Shown here in pieces: positions 9,566 to 20,959 of a DNA stretch of 64,000 bases (position 1 is its first letter; every line of letters begins with the position of its first letter). The translations under genes were made by a program, and so were the position numbers. The notes under the pieces were generated by a model. The model made no database searches. It saw only the letters and a list, made by a program, of their open reading frames with translations, and was not told the DNA's origin. The DNA comes from an uncultured Acidobacteriota bacterium (lineage in GTDB: Bacteria > Acidobacteriota > Terriglobia > UBA7540). The stretch is from NCBI GenBank assembly GCA_963804995.1, contig CAWDSK010000006.1, positions 416,001 through 480,000 on the forward strand. The letters are read 5' to 3'.

Positions 9566-9609
9566 AAAAGAAAATCCCGACTCGGAGCAACACGCTTCGA
9601 GTCGGGATT
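9566..9609 (-). terminator. Intrinsic terminator after rplQ
   Basis: Stem aatcccgactcg/cgagtcgggatt followed on the minus strand by ttttctttt. Confidence 0.75.
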
Positions 9610-9651
9610 CGTAAAGTCAGACTTCGAGGATTTAGAGCGCCCCTTGCGCGC

Positions 9652-10140
9652 CTATTTCTTTTCTTCCTTCGCGTCCTCTTCACCAGGAGGTGGCGCTTGC
9701 TTTTCAGCCTTGGCGGCTTCCTCCGCAGCCTTGCGGCGAGCCTCGGCTTTCTTGGCGCGTTTCTCCGCCAGACGCTGGAGAACTTGACTGTCCACGAACT
9801 CCAGGATCGCCAGGTCCGCGCCATCACCACGGCGCCACCCAGCGTGGACCAGCCGCGTGTACCCACCTGGCCGCGAGGCGTAGCGCTTGGAAAGGTCCTC
9901 AAAAAGGAACTTCACAGCACCCGGATCGAGCAAGTAGCTTGCCGCCTGCCGCCGTGCTTGCAAATCCCCACGCTTGGCCAGCGTGATCATCCATTCTGCC
10001 AGCGGACGCGTGGCCTTTGCCTTGGCAACAGTGGTTTCGATTCGCTCCCCCAGGATTAACGAGGTCACCAGGTTACGCAGCAGGGCGCGCCGGTGTTCCG
10101 TTTTCCGGCTCAGCTTCTTTCCGTAATTCCTATGTCGCAT
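9652..10140 (-). CDS. rplQ: 50S ribosomal protein bL17
   Basis: MRHRNYGKKLSR...RPGGYTR; charged C-terminal tail. Confidence 0.98.
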   Translation of the reverse strand: MRHRNYGKKLSRKTEHRRALLRNLVTSLILGERIETTVAKAKATRPLAEWMITLAKRGDLQARRQAASYLLDPGAVKFLFEDLSKRYASRPGGYTRLVHAGWRRGDGADLAILEFVDSQVLQRLAEKRAKKAEARRKAAEEAAKAEKQAPPPGEEDAKEEKK

Positions 10141-10156
10141 GATGGATTACCTGTCC

Positions 10157-11164
10157 TTAAATCTGTTGCTGAGGAAGTTCCGGAACCGGCATCACCGGGT
10201 TGCCCTTCTCATCAAACTTCATCCCCAGGCTCAGTCCCATCGCGGCGAGAATCTCTTTGATCTCGTTCAACGATTTCCGTCCGAAGTTCTTGGTCTTCAG
10301 CATTTCCTGCTCAGTCTTTTGAACGAGCTCGCGGATGGTGGTGATATTGGCGTTCTTCAGGCAGTTGTAAGAGCGAACCGAAAGCTCCAGTTCTTCCACC
10401 GAACGGTCAAGGTTCTCGTTGTAAACCGGGGCCGGCCGTTCCTGCGGAATTTCCTGTACTTCCGCTTCCTCCTCGAAATTGATGAAGATGTTCATGTGAT
10501 CCTTCAGAAGCTTGGCCCCCAGGCCCACAGCATCCTGCGGAGTCACGGCGCCATTCGTCCACACGTCGAGCGTCAACTTATCGTAGTCCGTCATCTGCCC
10601 CAGGCGTGCGGCTTCAACGGTGTAGTTGACCTTGCGCAGCGGCGAGTGCACGGAATCGACGGGAATGTACCCAATGGCCAGGTCCTCGTCAAAATTCTTC
10701 TCCGCCGAAACGTAGCCTCGGCCGATCTTCACCCTCATTTCGATATGGAGACTGCCGCCTTCGCTAACGGTGGCAATGAACACATCCTTGTCAAGAACCT
10801 CGATGTCCGCGTCCTCCTGCAGCATCCGCGACGTCACTTCACCCGGCTTGTCGATGTTCAGGTAGAGCGTCTTGGGACCTTCCACGTTCATCTTCAGAGG
10901 GATTTGTTTCAAATTCAAAATGATATCCGTGGCATCTTCCACTACGCCAGGGATGGATGAGAATTCGTGCATGACGCCTTCGATGCGCACCGCGGTGATC
11001 GCTGCCCCCTCAATGGAAGACAACAGGACGCGGCGCAAGGCGTTGCCGATAGTCGTACCGAAACCACGTTCAAAGGGTTGGGCGGAAAACTGCCCATACT
11101 TGTCGGTCAACGTATCGGTATTCGCTACCAGGCGCTTGGGTTTCTGGAATCCTTTCCAAAGCAT
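10157..11164 (-). CDS. rpoA: RNA polymerase alpha subunit
   Basis: [31 protein letters not shown]; start placed at MLWKGF. Confidence 0.98.
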   Translation of the reverse strand: MLWKGFQKPKRLVANTDTLTDKYGQFSAQPFERGFGTTIGNALRRVLLSSIEGAAITAVRIEGVMHEFSSIPGVVEDATDIILNLKQIPLKMNVEGPKTLYLNIDKPGEVTSRMLQEDADIEVLDKDVFIATVSEGGSLHIEMRVKIGRGYVSAEKNFDEDLAIGYIPVDSVHSPLRKVNYTVEAARLGQMTDYDKLTLDVWTNGAVTPQDAVGLGAKLLKDHMNIFINFEEEAEVQEIPQERPAPVYNENLDRSVEELELSVRSYNCLKNANITTIRELVQKTEQEMLKTKNFGRKSLNEIKEILAAMGLSLGMKFDEKGNPVMPVPELPQQQI

Positions 11165-11227
11165 CTCGTTCAAACCTCCCTTGGAACCCGCCTTGACGGG
11201 TCCTTGTCCAGCACACGCCGATCCAGA

Positions 11228-11857
11228 CTACTTCGAGTACAGTTCGACAACCATCTGCTCTTGAATGGGGAAATTCACGTCCTCGCGTTTGGGCAGCGTG
11301 ATGACCTTCGCCTTCAGGGTCTCGCGGTCCAATTGCAGCCAGGGCGGAATGCTTCGGCCTCCGGAAAGATCGAGAGAGCGCTGCACCGCGGTCATGTTCC
11401 GGCTCTTCTCGCGCAGCGCGATTTCCTGCCCCGGGGCGACGGCAAACGAGGGGATGTTGACCTTGCGGCCCGAAACTTGGATGTGTCCGTGACGGACCAA
11501 TTGCCGGGCTCCTGCACGCGAAGCTGCCAGGCCCAGCCGGTAGACGGTGTTGTCGAGCCGACGCTCAAGCATCAGTAGCAGGTTTTCGCCGGTGACGCCC
11601 TTCATGCGGGCAGCCTTCTCAAAATAGCTGCGGAACTGGTCCTCGAGAATGCCATAAAGACGCCGCAGTTTCTGCTTTTCGCGAAGTTGCAGGCCGTAAC
11701 CGACGATTTTAGGCCGCCGCGACTTTCCGTGTTGTCCCGGTGCGAAGTTGCGCTTTTCGATCTCGCACTTGTCCGTCAAGCACCGCTGTCCCTTTAGGAA
11801 CAGCTTGACCCCTTCGCGCCGACAGAGCCGACAAACTGCTTCACGATATCTTGCCAA
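11228..11857 (-). CDS. rpsD: 30S ribosomal protein uS4
   Basis: [23 protein letters not shown]. Confidence 0.98.
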   Translation of the reverse strand: MARYREAVCRLCRREGVKLFLKGQRCLTDKCEIEKRNFAPGQHGKSRRPKIVGYGLQLREKQKLRRLYGILEDQFRSYFEKAARMKGVTGENLLLMLERRLDNTVYRLGLAASRAGARQLVRHGHIQVSGRKVNIPSFAVAPGQEIALREKSRNMTAVQRSLDLSGGRSIPPWLQLDRETLKAKVITLPKREDVNFPIQEQMVVELYSK

Positions 11858-11899
11858 ACTAACCTCCCCCGGAACGGAGCCTGCGGTGCGGGCTTCGTC

Positions 11900-12307
11900 C
11901 TAAACTCTCCTGCGCTTGGGCGGGCGGCACCCGTTATGAGGAATGGGTGTCACATCCCGAATGTTGCGCACTTCCAGCCCCGCCGTGGCCAACGCGCGGA
12001 TGGCCGATTCGCGACCGGCTCCCGGTCCCTTTACGCGTACTTCCACACTGCGCATGCCATGGTCGCGGGCCGCGTTGGCAACCCGCATGGCCGCCTGCTG
12101 CGCCGCGAAGGGAGTCCCCTTGCGCGAACCTTTGAAGCCCAGCGAGCCGGCGCTTGACCAGCAAATGACGCGGCCGTCGGAATCGGTGATCGTGACCTGG
12201 GTATTGTTGAAGGTGGCCTGGATGTGCACGACCCCCGTCGGAACAATCCGCTTTTCCTTCTTCTTGAAGACCTTTTTCTTTCCTGCTTTTGCTGCCGCTT
12301 TCGCCAT
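11900..12307 (-). CDS. rpsK: 30S ribosomal protein uS11
   Basis: [24 protein letters not shown]. Confidence 0.98.
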   Translation of the reverse strand: MAKAAAKAGKKKVFKKKEKRIVPTGVVHIQATFNNTQVTITDSDGRVICWSSAGSLGFKGSRKGTPFAAQQAAMRVANAARDHGMRSVEVRVKGPGAGRESAIRALATAGLEVRNIRDVTPIPHNGCRPPKRRRV

Positions 12308-12344
12308 GAATCCTCACACAAGAATCTGCTGGTGCCGTGTCCGA

Positions 12345-12731
12345 TTATGTCTTGGCCATGGACCGCTTCTTATTTGCAACCGTGCCCTTGCGCGGTCCTT
12401 TGCGCGTGCGAGCATTGGTGTGGGTACGCTGGCCGCGCACTGGAAGGCTGCGCCGATGCCGCATCCCACGGTATGAACCGATTTCGATGAGCCGCCGGAT
12501 ATTCATCGAGCTTTCTTTGCGCAGGTCGCCTTCCACAGCGCCTTCTTCCTCGATGAGCTGGCGGATTTTCGTGACCTCTTCCTCAGTCAGATCCTTGATC
12601 TTTTTGTCGGGATTGATGCCCGAACGCATGAGAATGGAAAGTGACCGGGCGCGGCCGATTCCATAAATGTAAGTCAGACCGATCTCCGCGCGCTTTTTGG
12701 GGGGAAGATCCACACCCGCGATTCTTGCCAT
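12345..12731 (-). CDS. rpsM: 30S ribosomal protein uS13
   Basis: [27 protein letters not shown]. Confidence 0.98.
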   Translation of the reverse strand: MARIAGVDLPPKKRAEIGLTYIYGIGRARSLSILMRSGINPDKKIKDLTEEEVTKIRQLIEEEGAVEGDLRKESSMNIRRLIEIGSYRGMRHRRSLPVRGQRTHTNARTRKGPRKGTVANKKRSMAKT

Positions 12732-12807
12732 TTCATGCCTCCCGTTTCACAAACCTTCGAGGCAGCGACCATGCGGTTCCACACGCGCTGCGCCTCAAAA
12801 CATTAAT

Positions 12808-12921
12808 TTACCCCTGCCGCTGCTTGTGCTTGGGATTCTCGCAAATCACTCGCACCACTCCGCGCCGCCGAACAATCTTGCACTTTGCACAAATCTTCTT
12901 CACTGACGAACGCACCTTCAT
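12808..12921 (-). CDS. rpmJ: 50S ribosomal protein bL36 (Zn-binding type)
   Basis: Below ORF-track cutoff; hand translation [37 protein letters not shown]. Confidence 0.97.
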   Translation of the reverse strand: MKVRSSVKKICAKCKIVRRRGVVRVICENPKHKQRQG

Positions 12922-13031
12922 GAGGTTTCCTCTCACTCCCCGGGCCACAACTCCCAATCAGGTCCCTGTCACATCCTCCAAGGGCCTTCCCGACCTTCTG
13001 TACCTGAGACGCTTCGGTTCTTCTTCCGTGC

Positions 13032-13250
13032 TTACTTATACCGGAAGACAATCCGGCCGCGCGTCAAGTCGTAGGGAGAAAGCTCCACCGCAACCTTGTC
13101 GCCCGGAAGAATGCGTATAAAATTTTTGCGCATCTTTCCGGAAATGTGGGCCAAGACCTGATGTTTGTTGTCCAATTCCACTCGAAACATCGCATTGGGT
13201 AATGCTTCCAGCACCGTAGCCGTAACCTCGATCGCATCTTCCTTCGGCAT
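13032..13250 (-). CDS. infA: Translation initiation factor IF-1
   Basis: MPKEDAIEV...[20 protein letters not shown]. Confidence 0.98.
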   Translation of the reverse strand: MPKEDAIEVTATVLEALPNAMFRVELDNKHQVLAHISGKMRKNFIRILPGDKVAVELSPYDLTRGRIVFRYK

Positions 13251-13306
13251 TTCGTGAGGCCTCAATCCCGCCCAGGGCCCCTTCCTGCGGACCCTCGCGG
13301 ATCACC

Positions 13307-14056
13307 CTATAAACGCGTCAAAACGTCAGGTCCATTCCGCGTGACCGCCACCATGTGTTCGAAATGGGCGGACCAACTACCGTCCACCGTAACGGCCGTC
13401 CAATTATCGTCAAGTACGCGCACTGCAGCTCCGCCGGCATTAACCATGGGCTCGATGGCAAAAACCATGCCCTCTTTCAGCAAGGGGCCGTGGCCTGGCT
13501 GGCCGAAATTCGGAATCTGGGGTTCCTCGTGCATAGCCTTGCCGATACCGTGACCCACAAACTCCCTGACCACGGAGAAGCCATTTTTCTCCGCATGGGC
13601 CTGCACCGCCGCCGAAACGTCCCCCAAGCGATTGCCGAGCCGCACCTTGTCGATGGCCAATTCCAGAGCTTCTTCGGTCACCTTCAGCAGACGCTGGGCG
13701 GGTCCATCAATCACACCCACGGGCACGGTCAAGGCGGAATCTCCGTAGTAGCCGTCCAGTATCACACCTGTATCCAAGCTGAGGATATCGCCTTCCTTGA
13801 GCACCTGACGGTCCGACGGGATGCCGTGAATAACTTCACTGTTAAGCGAAGCACACAGGCAGCAAGGGTAACCGCGATAGCCTTTGAATGCTGACCGTGC
13901 GCCCAACTCCTTAAGCCGCTTCACCAAGAACTTTTCCAGGTCAAGTGTCGTAATCCCAGGCCGGACCTGCTCGCGCATTTCTCCCAGGAGTTGCCGGACC
14001 ATCCTGCCGCTTTGCCGCAACTTCTCAATTTCGGCCGGTGACTTACAGATAATCAT
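13307..14056 (-). CDS. map: Methionine aminopeptidase type I
   Basis: VIHGIP, GHGIG..MHEEP, AIEPM, SAHFEH. Confidence 0.97.
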   Translation of the reverse strand: MIICKSPAEIEKLRQSGRMVRQLLGEMREQVRPGITTLDLEKFLVKRLKELGARSAFKGYRGYPCCLCASLNSEVIHGIPSDRQVLKEGDILSLDTGVILDGYYGDSALTVPVGVIDGPAQRLLKVTEEALELAIDKVRLGNRLGDVSAAVQAHAEKNGFSVVREFVGHGIGKAMHEEPQIPNFGQPGHGPLLKEGMVFAIEPMVNAGGAAVRVLDDNWTAVTVDGSWSAHFEHMVAVTRNGPDVLTRL

Positions 14057-14709
14057 GCTTGCGATAAAAAATCCAGCAGACCTTTGGCAATCGCTTCCGG
14101 ATCCTTGTTGCCATCAAGTTCGTAAAGCACACCTTTGGCACGATAATACTCGATCAGCGGGCTGGTCTGTTTGTGATAGGCTTCCAGCCGTTGCCGGATA
14201 GTTTCCTCGTTGTCGTCTGCGCGTTGGAGCAGTTTGCCGCCATCCTTATCGCAGATCCCTTCCACCTTGGGCGGATTGAAGTTGATATTGTAAATCTCTC
14301 CGCAAACTGAACACGTACGCCGCCCCGTCAGGCGCTTCAATAGCAGCTCTTCATCCACCCGGATGTCGATAACCAGAGGCTTGCCCAATCCCTCCGCCTC
14401 CAACATGAAATCGACGCACCGGGCCTGACTGATGGTGCGTGGAAACCCGTCAAGAATATATCCCTTCCGGCTGTCGGGCTGTCCAACGCGCTCCTGCACG
14501 ATGCCGCAAACAACGTCATCCGGCACCAAGTCGCCAGTCTCCATCCTAGCTTTGGCCGCCAACCCCAAGGGTGTCTGCCTTTTGACGGCATCGCGGAGCA
14601 TGTCACCCGTGGAGATCTGGGGAATGCCGAAGTGTTTGGCGACTTCCCGCGCTTGCGTTCCCTTCCCTGCCCCCGGAGCTCCCAAGAAAATGTACGCGTG
14701 AGCTCGCAT
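14053..14709 (-). CDS. adk: Adenylate kinase with Zn-binding lid
   Basis: GAPGAGKGTQ, LDGFPRT, CSVC...CDKD. Confidence 0.98.
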   Translation of the reverse strand: MRAHAYIFLGAPGAGKGTQAREVAKHFGIPQISTGDMLRDAVKRQTPLGLAAKARMETGDLVPDDVVCGIVQERVGQPDSRKGYILDGFPRTISQARCVDFMLEAEGLGKPLVIDIRVDEELLLKRLTGRRTCSVCGEIYNINFNPPKVEGICDKDGGKLLQRADDNEETIRQRLEAYHKQTSPLIEYYRAKGVLYELDGNKDPEAIAKGLLDFLSQA

Positions 14710-14730
14710 GCCTTCCCTCCGAATCCCTGA

Positions 14731-16143
14731 TCAAGAAGCGCGTCGTCCCCGGATTCGCCCCTTCTTCAAGAAGCCCTCGTAGTGCCTCATGATGAGCTGA
14801 GCCTCGACCTGCTGCACAGTATCCATGGCCACTCCCACGACGATCAGAAGCGAGGTGCCACCGAAATAGAAACTCACATTCATTCCGTGCAGGAGCCAGC
14901 CGGGAAAATTGGCGTCGAACCAGGCCCCGCCCATCCAGGTGGGCAGGTGATTCACACGGAGCCCCGCCAGCATGATTTCAGGGATCAGAGCGACCAGGGC
15001 GAGATAGATGCCGCCTACCCAGGTGATCTTGGTAAGAACATCATCTAGATAATCAGCCGTGCGCTTGCCCGGCCGGATGCCCGGCATAAACCCACCCTGC
15101 TTCCGGACGTTATCGGCGACCTCGTCGGGGTTGTAGACAATCGAAAGATAGAAGTGGGCGAAGAAGATAATCATCAATACATATGACAGCGTGTACAGAG
15201 GCTCACCGTAAGCGAACACCCGGGAGAACCAAGCGAGTCCCGCGCCGATATACCGGAAAATTATAAAACTGCTTTGATCCAAGCGAAATAGACTGAGCGT
15301 TTGTGGAAATGTCAAAATCGAGACCGCAAAGATGATGGGCATTACGCCCCCGCTGTTAACCTTGAGCGGGAGATGGGTTGAGACGCCCCCCATGATTCTT
15401 CGTCCGACAACGCGTTTGGCGTATTGAATGGGAATCCGCCGCTCGCCGCGCTCGACCATAACAATGAAGCCCACGATCCCTAACATAAACGCCAGCAAGA
15501 CTAGGAGAATCGGGACACTCCAGACGCGTGTAACGAAAACCTTTTCATAAAGGTCGGCTGCGGCCCTCGGCAGACCAACCACGATGCCCGCAAAAATCAA
15601 CAGCGACATGCCGTTGCCGATGCCGCGCGAGGTGATCTGTTCGCCGAGCCACATGATAAACATTGCCCCGCAGGTCAACGTCAGCACGGTCGTTAAAACA
15701 AACCCCGGCCCCGTGTGGGCCACCACCTGCGGCTGCTTCTGGAGAGCGACAGCGATGCCAAAGGCCTGGAACGCGCTCAGCCCCACGGTCATCCAGCGCG
15801 TATACTCGGTGATTTTGCGCTGGCCCAACTCCCCTTCCTTCTTGAGTTTTTCAAGATGCGGGGAGACCACGGTGAGCAACTGGAGAATGATCGAGGCCGT
15901 GATATAGGGCATGATTCCCAGTGCGAAGACAGACATGCGGCGCAAGCTGCCGCCCGAAAACATCGCCAGCAGTCCGAATAGCGAGCCCGCCAACTGCGCG
16001 AACGCCTGCTCAAAAACCTCAGTATTGATGCCGGGCGTGGGGATAAAGGCACCCAGGCGGTAAACGGCAAGCATCAGCAGGGTGAACAGGATGCGTTTTC
16101 GTAGATCCGGAATCTCGGTGATACTTTTCAGAGACTCGAGCAT
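14731..16143 (-). CDS. secY: Preprotein translocase SecY
   Basis: ALGIMPYITASII, GIGNGMSLLIFAGIV, FGGTSLLIVVGV; ATG overlaps the rplO stop. Confidence 0.98.
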   Translation of the reverse strand: MLESLKSITEIPDLRKRILFTLLMLAVYRLGAFIPTPGINTEVFEQAFAQLAGSLFGLLAMFSGGSLRRMSVFALGIMPYITASIILQLLTVVSPHLEKLKKEGELGQRKITEYTRWMTVGLSAFQAFGIAVALQKQPQVVAHTGPGFVLTTVLTLTCGAMFIMWLGEQITSRGIGNGMSLLIFAGIVVGLPRAAADLYEKVFVTRVWSVPILLVLLAFMLGIVGFIVMVERGERRIPIQYAKRVVGRRIMGGVSTHLPLKVNSGGVMPIIFAVSILTFPQTLSLFRLDQSSFIIFRYIGAGLAWFSRVFAYGEPLYTLSYVLMIIFFAHFYLSIVYNPDEVADNVRKQGGFMPGIRPGKRTADYLDDVLTKITWVGGIYLALVALIPEIMLAGLRVNHLPTWMGGAWFDANFPGWLLHGMNVSFYFGGTSLLIVVGVAMDTVQQVEAQLIMRHYEGFLKKGRIRGRRAS

Positions 16144-16592
16144 TACGAAATAACCTCGGCCTTCCCACCAGCCTTTTCGATCTTGTCGCGAGCAGACTTG
16201 GAGAAGACGTGTGCGCAAATGTGCAACGGCGATTTCAGCTCACCGTCACTTAGCACTTTTAGTCCCGTGCCCAATTTCTTCACCAAGCCCCGGGCGACGA
16301 GCAACTCCGGCGTAATCTTCTCTTCCGGCTTGAATTCTTCAAGATCACTCAGGTTCACAATCGCGTAGTGCTTATGGAAAATGTTGGTAAAACCCCGCTT
16401 GGGCAGTCTGCGGTGGAGGGGCATCTGCCCGCCCTCGAATCCCGGCCGCATCCGCATGCCGGCGCGGGACCGTTGTCCCTTCGAACCGCGCGTCGCCGTT
16501 TTGCCGTGACCCGATCCCATTCCCTGCCCGACCCGCTTGGAGCGCTTGTGGGCGCCCTGGGGGGGCCGGAGTGTTTCGATGCGTGTCGCCAT
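16143..16592 (-). CDS. rplO: 50S ribosomal protein uL15
   Basis: [24 protein letters not shown]. Confidence 0.98.
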   Translation of the reverse strand: MATRIETLRPPQGAHKRSKRVGQGMGSGHGKTATRGSKGQRSRAGMRMRPGFEGGQMPLHRRLPKRGFTNIFHKHYAIVNLSDLEEFKPEEKITPELLVARGLVKKLGTGLKVLSDGELKSPLHICAHVFSKSARDKIEKAGGKAEVIS

Positions 16593-16603
16593 ATGTCTTC
16601 TGC

Positions 16604-17092
16604 CTATTTCTTGACCGCTTTGGCCGTCTTGCTACCCTTCTTCGGCGATTTTTCTTTCTCAGCAGTTTTGGGTTTGGATTTCGCGACTTTGACCGGCTTA
16701 GCTTTTGCAGCCCGAGCCTTCGCGGTTTTTTCGGTCTCTCCCGCAACAGGAGGGTGGCTTTCCTCACTGGCGGTCTCGACCGTGGTGGTCACATCACTCG
16801 CCGCCTCAGTCCCAGTTGCCTCTGTGGGAGGTGGGACAAGGGCCGCCTCGGGCCGGTACACGGTGTACTCCGGCACTGAGTCCCACCAAGGGGCGGGCGG
16901 GTCGGGAATAATTTCCAGCAGGTGCGGAACTGCGGCCACGATCCCACGAATCTGGGGCGTGTCCGGACGCACCACCGTATGGTTCAGTCGCCTCAACCCC
17001 AAGCTGCGCACGATCGTTTTCTGGTGGTAAGTGAAACCGATTCCGCTGCGCACCCACTTTATCCGAATCATCTTGTGCGTCTTATCTGACAC
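16604..17092 (-). CDS. rpmD: 50S ribosomal protein uL30 with long C-terminal extension
   Basis: [11 protein letters not shown]...[27 protein letters not shown] core; lies between rpsE and rplO; GAGG RBS before GTG. Confidence 0.93.
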   Translation of the reverse strand: MSDKTHKMIRIKWVRSGIGFTYHQKTIVRSLGLRRLNHTVVRPDTPQIRGIVAAVPHLLEIIPDPPAPWWDSVPEYTVYRPEAALVPPPTEATGTEAASDVTTTVETASEESHPPVAGETEKTAKARAAKAKPVKVAKSKPKTAEKEKSPKKGSKTAKAVKK

Positions 17093-17107
17093 AGTTCCTC
17101 GACCTCG

Positions 17108-17605
17108 CTAGATTTCTTCCGGAGCTTTCCCCCGAGTATTGGCAACTTCCTGGATGTCGCGCAACTTCAGCAGGGCGTCCATGGTCGCCTTGACGACGTT
17201 ATGCGGATTGGTCGTTCCCAGAGACTTTGTCAGCACGTTCTGAATGCCGGCGGCTTCCACCACCGCGCGAACCGCGCCACCCGCGATGACACCCGTTCCA
17301 GGAGGTGCAGGCTTCAGCAAAACCCGGCCCGCCCCATAGTGGCCCAGCACCGCGTGGGGAATCGAGACTTGCGAGATGTTCACTTTGACCAGCGACTTCT
17401 TCGCAGAATCGATCCCTTTGCGAATCGCCATGGGGACTTCGCGGGCCTTACCGGAGCCATATCCGACAATTCCGGCGCCATCACCTACCACTACCAGCGC
17501 CGAAAAGCTCAGGTTCTTTCCGCCTTTGACCACTTTGGTGACCCGGTTAATGGAGATCACCTGGTCTTTGAGCTGTAGTGCGTTCGGGTCAATCCGATTG
17601 GCCAA
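17108..17605 (-). CDS. rpsE: 30S ribosomal protein uS5
   Basis: [19 protein letters not shown]. Confidence 0.98.
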   Translation of the reverse strand: MANRIDPNALQLKDQVISINRVTKVVKGGKNLSFSALVVVGDGAGIVGYGSGKAREVPMAIRKGIDSAKKSLVKVNISQVSIPHAVLGHYGAGRVLLKPAPPGTGVIAGGAVRAVVEAAGIQNVLTKSLGTTNPHNVVKATMDALLKLRDIQEVANTRGKAPEEI

Positions 17606-17626
17606 ATCTTCCTCCCGCCGTTTCGT

Positions 17627-17995
17627 CTAAAATTTCAGGCCCGCCTCACGAGCTGCATCGGCCAGCGCCTTGATGCGCCCGTGGTAAGCGTAACCGCCCC
17701 GGTCGAACACTACCCTGGAAATCCCTGCCGCCACGGCCCGCTCGGCCAGGACCTTCCCCACCACTTTGGCCGCGGCAACGTTTCCCCCGCTCTTGAGCGT
17801 CTTGCGGACTTCTTTGTCGCGCGTGGATGCCGCCACCAGGGTGTGGCCGCCCGCGTCATCAATGACCTGGGCATAAATGTGTTTGAGCGATCGAAAAACA
17901 TTCAAACGCGGCGATACGGTCTGCGCACTTATCCGGGCGCGGAGGCGTACATGAATCCGCCGGCGTGCCGCGTCTTTAGAAACCATCTGTAACAT
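17627..17995 (-). CDS. rplR: 50S ribosomal protein uL18
   Basis: [21 protein letters not shown]. Confidence 0.98.
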   Translation of the reverse strand: MLQMVSKDAARRRIHVRLRARISAQTVSPRLNVFRSLKHIYAQVIDDAGGHTLVAASTRDKEVRKTLKSGGNVAAAKVVGKVLAERAVAAGISRVVFDRGGYAYHGRIKALADAAREAGLKF

Positions 17996-18025
17996 CAGGA
18001 GTTCTCCGCTTTCCTCAAGTTCAGA

Positions 18026-18583
18026 CTATCCCGCTTTGCCTGCACCGCCGGCAGCCGCCGCAGCCTTACCCACCTTCTTCTTCAGGCGCTCGCCGGTGTA
18101 CCGAATTCCTTTGTTCTTGTACGGATCAGGCGGGCGCAAACCGCGAATCTTGGCCGCCACATGCCCCACCAGGTGCTTATCTGCGCCGCTGACGATGAGA
18201 TGGGTCTGCTTTTCCACGCTGATGGCGATCCCCTCCGGAACAGGGAATTCAATGGGATGCGAATAGCCCAGCGTAAATGTCACTGCCTTGCCTTTGGACT
18301 CAGCGCGATAACCGATCCCGACAATATCGAGGTGCCTTTCAAAGCCCTGAGCCACCCCTTGCACGGCGTTGGCCAGCAGGCTCCGTGCGAGGCCGTGCAG
18401 AGCCGCCTGCTCATCGGTCTCGCGCTTCAATACCAGGTGACCGTCCTGCTTCTCGATCTGGATTCCCTGGGGCAGAGGAATCCGCAAAGCTCCCTTGGGC
18501 CCCTTCACCGTGAGCGTCGTTCCCTCCTGCTGCACAGTGACCCCCGACGGCAAATCGATCGGCTTTCTGCCTATTCTCGACAT
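18026..18583 (-). CDS. rplF: 50S ribosomal protein uL6
   Basis: [21 protein letters not shown]. Confidence 0.98.
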   Translation of the reverse strand: MSRIGRKPIDLPSGVTVQQEGTTLTVKGPKGALRIPLPQGIQIEKQDGHLVLKRETDEQAALHGLARSLLANAVQGVAQGFERHLDIVGIGYRAESKGKAVTFTLGYSHPIEFPVPEGIAISVEKQTHLIVSGADKHLVGHVAAKIRGLRPPDPYKNKGIRYTGERLKKKVGKAAAAAGGAGKAG

Positions 18584-18675
18584 AGCATCATGTTCCGTCT
18601 GTCAATTCGGCGGCCGAAGATCAAGCCTCCCGTTTTCTTCCCCGGGGTCGCACACCAGACAGCGGCTCGCCCTTC

Positions 18676-19077
18676 TTAAGATACGCTACAGAGCACTTCG
18701 CCGCCCACCCCTGCCTTGCGAGCAGCTTTTCCGGTCATCACCCCGCGCGGCGTGGTCAGGATGCTTACTCCCATTCCCCCCATGATCCGCGGAACTTGCT
18801 TGGCGCCCACATAGACGCGGCGGCCCGGTTTTGAGACACGATCGAGGTTGGTGATAGCGTTCACGCCGTCGGTTCCGTACCTCAAAAAAACCTTCAGGAT
18901 TTTCTTCTTGCCCTCTTCGCCCACCTTGAAGTTGCCGATATAGCCTTCTTCCTTCAAGATGCGCGCCAACTCGATCTTGAGCTTCGAAGAGGGCATATCG
19001 ACACGCGGGTGGCGTGCGTGAATCCCGTTTCGGATACGGGTAAGCATATCGGCAATGGGATCAGTAACGGCTGACAT
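18676..19077 (-). CDS. rpsH: 30S ribosomal protein uS8
   Basis: DPIADMLTRIRN, SKPGRRVY. Confidence 0.98.
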   Translation of the reverse strand: MSAVTDPIADMLTRIRNGIHARHPRVDMPSSKLKIELARILKEEGYIGNFKVGEEGKKKILKVFLRYGTDGVNAITNLDRVSKPGRRVYVGAKQVPRIMGGMGVSILTTPRGVMTGKAARKAGVGGEVLCSVS

Positions 19078-19118
19078 AAGACTCCCGTTTTCGCATTGAC
19101 TTAACTTCTCGCCCAGGA

Positions 19119-19304
19119 CTACCAGCTCGACTTAATGACGCCGGGAATTTCCCCGCGCAGCGCGAGTTGCCGGAAGCAAAGGCGGCACATCTTGAACTTG
19201 CCAAGGTAACCACGCGGCCGGCCGCAAATCAGGCAGCGATTCCGGTGCCGAATCTTGAATTTCGGCTTCCTGCGCAATTTGGCCATCATCGAAGTACGTG
19301 CCAC
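19119..19304 (-). CDS. rpsN: 30S ribosomal protein uS14, short Zn-binding type
   Basis: 61 aa, RCLICGRPR...CRLCFR. Confidence 0.97.
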   Translation of the reverse strand: MARTSMMAKLRRKPKFKIRHRNRCLICGRPRGYLGKFKMCRLCFRQLALRGEIPGVIKSSW

Positions 19305-19307
19305 GTT

Positions 19308-19904
19308 TTACCCCCCCGCCTTTTCCGCGACCGGTGCGGCGGCCGCCTGGCGACGCTGAGCATCCGACCGGAAAGGCATCCCCAAGTGCCGCAACAACGC
19401 CATGGCTTCAGCGTCCGTCCTGGCATCGGTTACAATCGTGATATTCATGCCCTTGACTCGTTCCACCTTCGCGTAATCAATTTCCGGAAACACCATCTGG
19501 TCCCGCAATCCCAGAGTGTAGTTACCCCGGCCATCGAAGGCCCGCGTGGAGACGCCGCGAAAGTCGCGCACGCGCGGCATAGCCACGCTGGTGAGGCGAT
19601 CGAAGAATTCATACATGCGGTCGCCGCGCAGGGTCACCATAGTGCCGATGGGCATGTTCTTGCGCAGCTTGAAATTGGCGATCGACTTCCGGGCGCGAGT
19701 GATCACCGGCTTTTGCCCGGTGATTTGCCCCAACTCCTGCGCGGCGGAATCGAGAAGCTTGGCGTTCTGTATTGCTTCTCCCAGCCCCATGTTAACGACA
19801 ATCTTCCGCAAGCGCGGGACTGCATTGGTGTTGGTGTAATTAAATTCCTTCACCAAGGCCGGCACGATCTCCTTCTGGTATCGGTCTTTCAATCTGGGAA
19901 GCAT
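19308..19904 (-). CDS. rplE: 50S ribosomal protein uL5
   Basis: [16 protein letters not shown]. Confidence 0.98.
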   Translation of the reverse strand: MLPRLKDRYQKEIVPALVKEFNYTNTNAVPRLRKIVVNMGLGEAIQNAKLLDSAAQELGQITGQKPVITRARKSIANFKLRKNMPIGTMVTLRGDRMYEFFDRLTSVAMPRVRDFRGVSTRAFDGRGNYTLGLRDQMVFPEIDYAKVERVKGMNITIVTDARTDAEAMALLRHLGMPFRSDAQRRQAAAAPVAEKAGG

Positions 19905-19928
19905 GTTCTATTTCGTTCCTCCCGGCCC

Positions 19929-20258
19929 TTACTTATCCAGAGACTTTTCGCACTTGGCGCAAATGCGCACTTTCTTGCCACCGGCCATTTCGCGGTGTTG
20001 AATGCGAGTCGGCCCGCACTCACTACAGACCAGAGCTACGTTGGAAACATGAATGGGGCCCTCTTTTTCCAGAATCCCCCCGCGAATCTGCTTGGCAGGA
20101 TTGGGCCGTACGTGACGCTTCACCATGTTGACGTGCTCAACATAGAGCCGGTCCTTACCCGGCTCAACTTCCAGAACTCTTCCCCGAGTCGGCTGGCCCG
20201 CGGGCCCCTTGCTTCGCCCCGCGATTACTTCCACGATATCGTTTTTGTGGATATCCAT
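19929..20258 (-). CDS. rplX: 50S ribosomal protein uL24
   Basis: DIVEVIAG, KEGPIHVSNV; operon position. Confidence 0.96.
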   Translation of the reverse strand: MDIHKNDIVEVIAGRSKGPAGQPTRGRVLEVEPGKDRLYVEHVNMVKRHVRPNPAKQIRGGILEKEGPIHVSNVALVCSECGPTRIQHREMAGGKKVRICAKCEKSLDK

Positions 20259-20269
20259 TAAGAATCCCC

Positions 20270-20638
20270 TTACAAAACCTCTGGCGCCAAAGACACGATC
20301 TTCAAGAACTTCTTCTCGCGCAGCTCCCGCGCCACCGGGCCGAAGACTCGCGTGCCCACCGGCTCATTCGTATCATTGATCAGCACGGCCGCGTTTTCGT
20401 CAAACCGTATGTAGCTGCCATCACGCCGCCGTTGCTCTTTGCGCATGCGGACGATGACGCACTTCACAACCTTCCCCTTGGGAATCGCGCTGTCGGGCGC
20501 CGCCTCTTTAACAGCCGCGGTGACGATATCACCGAGCCCCGCCTGCAAGCCCACGTCCCCGCCCACTGGATGAATGCACGAAAGCTTCCGGGCGCCGGAA
20601 TTATCAGCCACTTGGAGAATCGTCCGCATCCCGATCAT
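20270..20638 (-). CDS. rplN: 50S ribosomal protein uL14
   Basis: [30 protein letters not shown]. Confidence 0.98.
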   Translation of the reverse strand: MIGMRTILQVADNSGARKLSCIHPVGGDVGLQAGLGDIVTAAVKEAAPDSAIPKGKVVKCVIVRMRKEQRRRDGSYIRFDENAAVLINDTNEPVGTRVFGPVARELREKKFLKIVSLAPEVL

Positions 20639-20955
20639 ACTTCCACCTCCGGCACCGGGGCGACCTGGGCGGCTTTGGCTACAATTTCCACCACCCGCCA
20701 GCGTTTGCGGGCGCTCAGGGGCCGAGTCTCCTGGATTCGTACGGTGTCACCCACCCGGCACTCATTCTTCTCGTCATGGGCGAGGAAGTTCTTCGAGTGT
20801 CGCACCACGCGTTTGTAGAGCCGGTGAATGACCTGCCGATCCACCGTGACCACCACGCTCTTCTGCATCTTGTTGCTGGTCACGACGCCGACCTTTTCCT
20901 GCCGCCGTCCTTGCTTAGCAACCTGCGTCTCTACGCCTGCTGTCTCCGTCACCAT
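20635..20955 (-). CDS. rpsQ: 30S ribosomal protein uS17
   Basis: [25 protein letters not shown]. Confidence 0.97.
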   Translation of the reverse strand: MVTETAGVETQVAKQGRRQEKVGVVTSNKMQKSVVVTVDRQVIHRLYKRVVRHSKNFLAHDEKNECRVGDTVRIQETRPLSARKRWRVVEIVAKAAQVAPVPEVEV

Positions 20956-20959
20956 CCAC

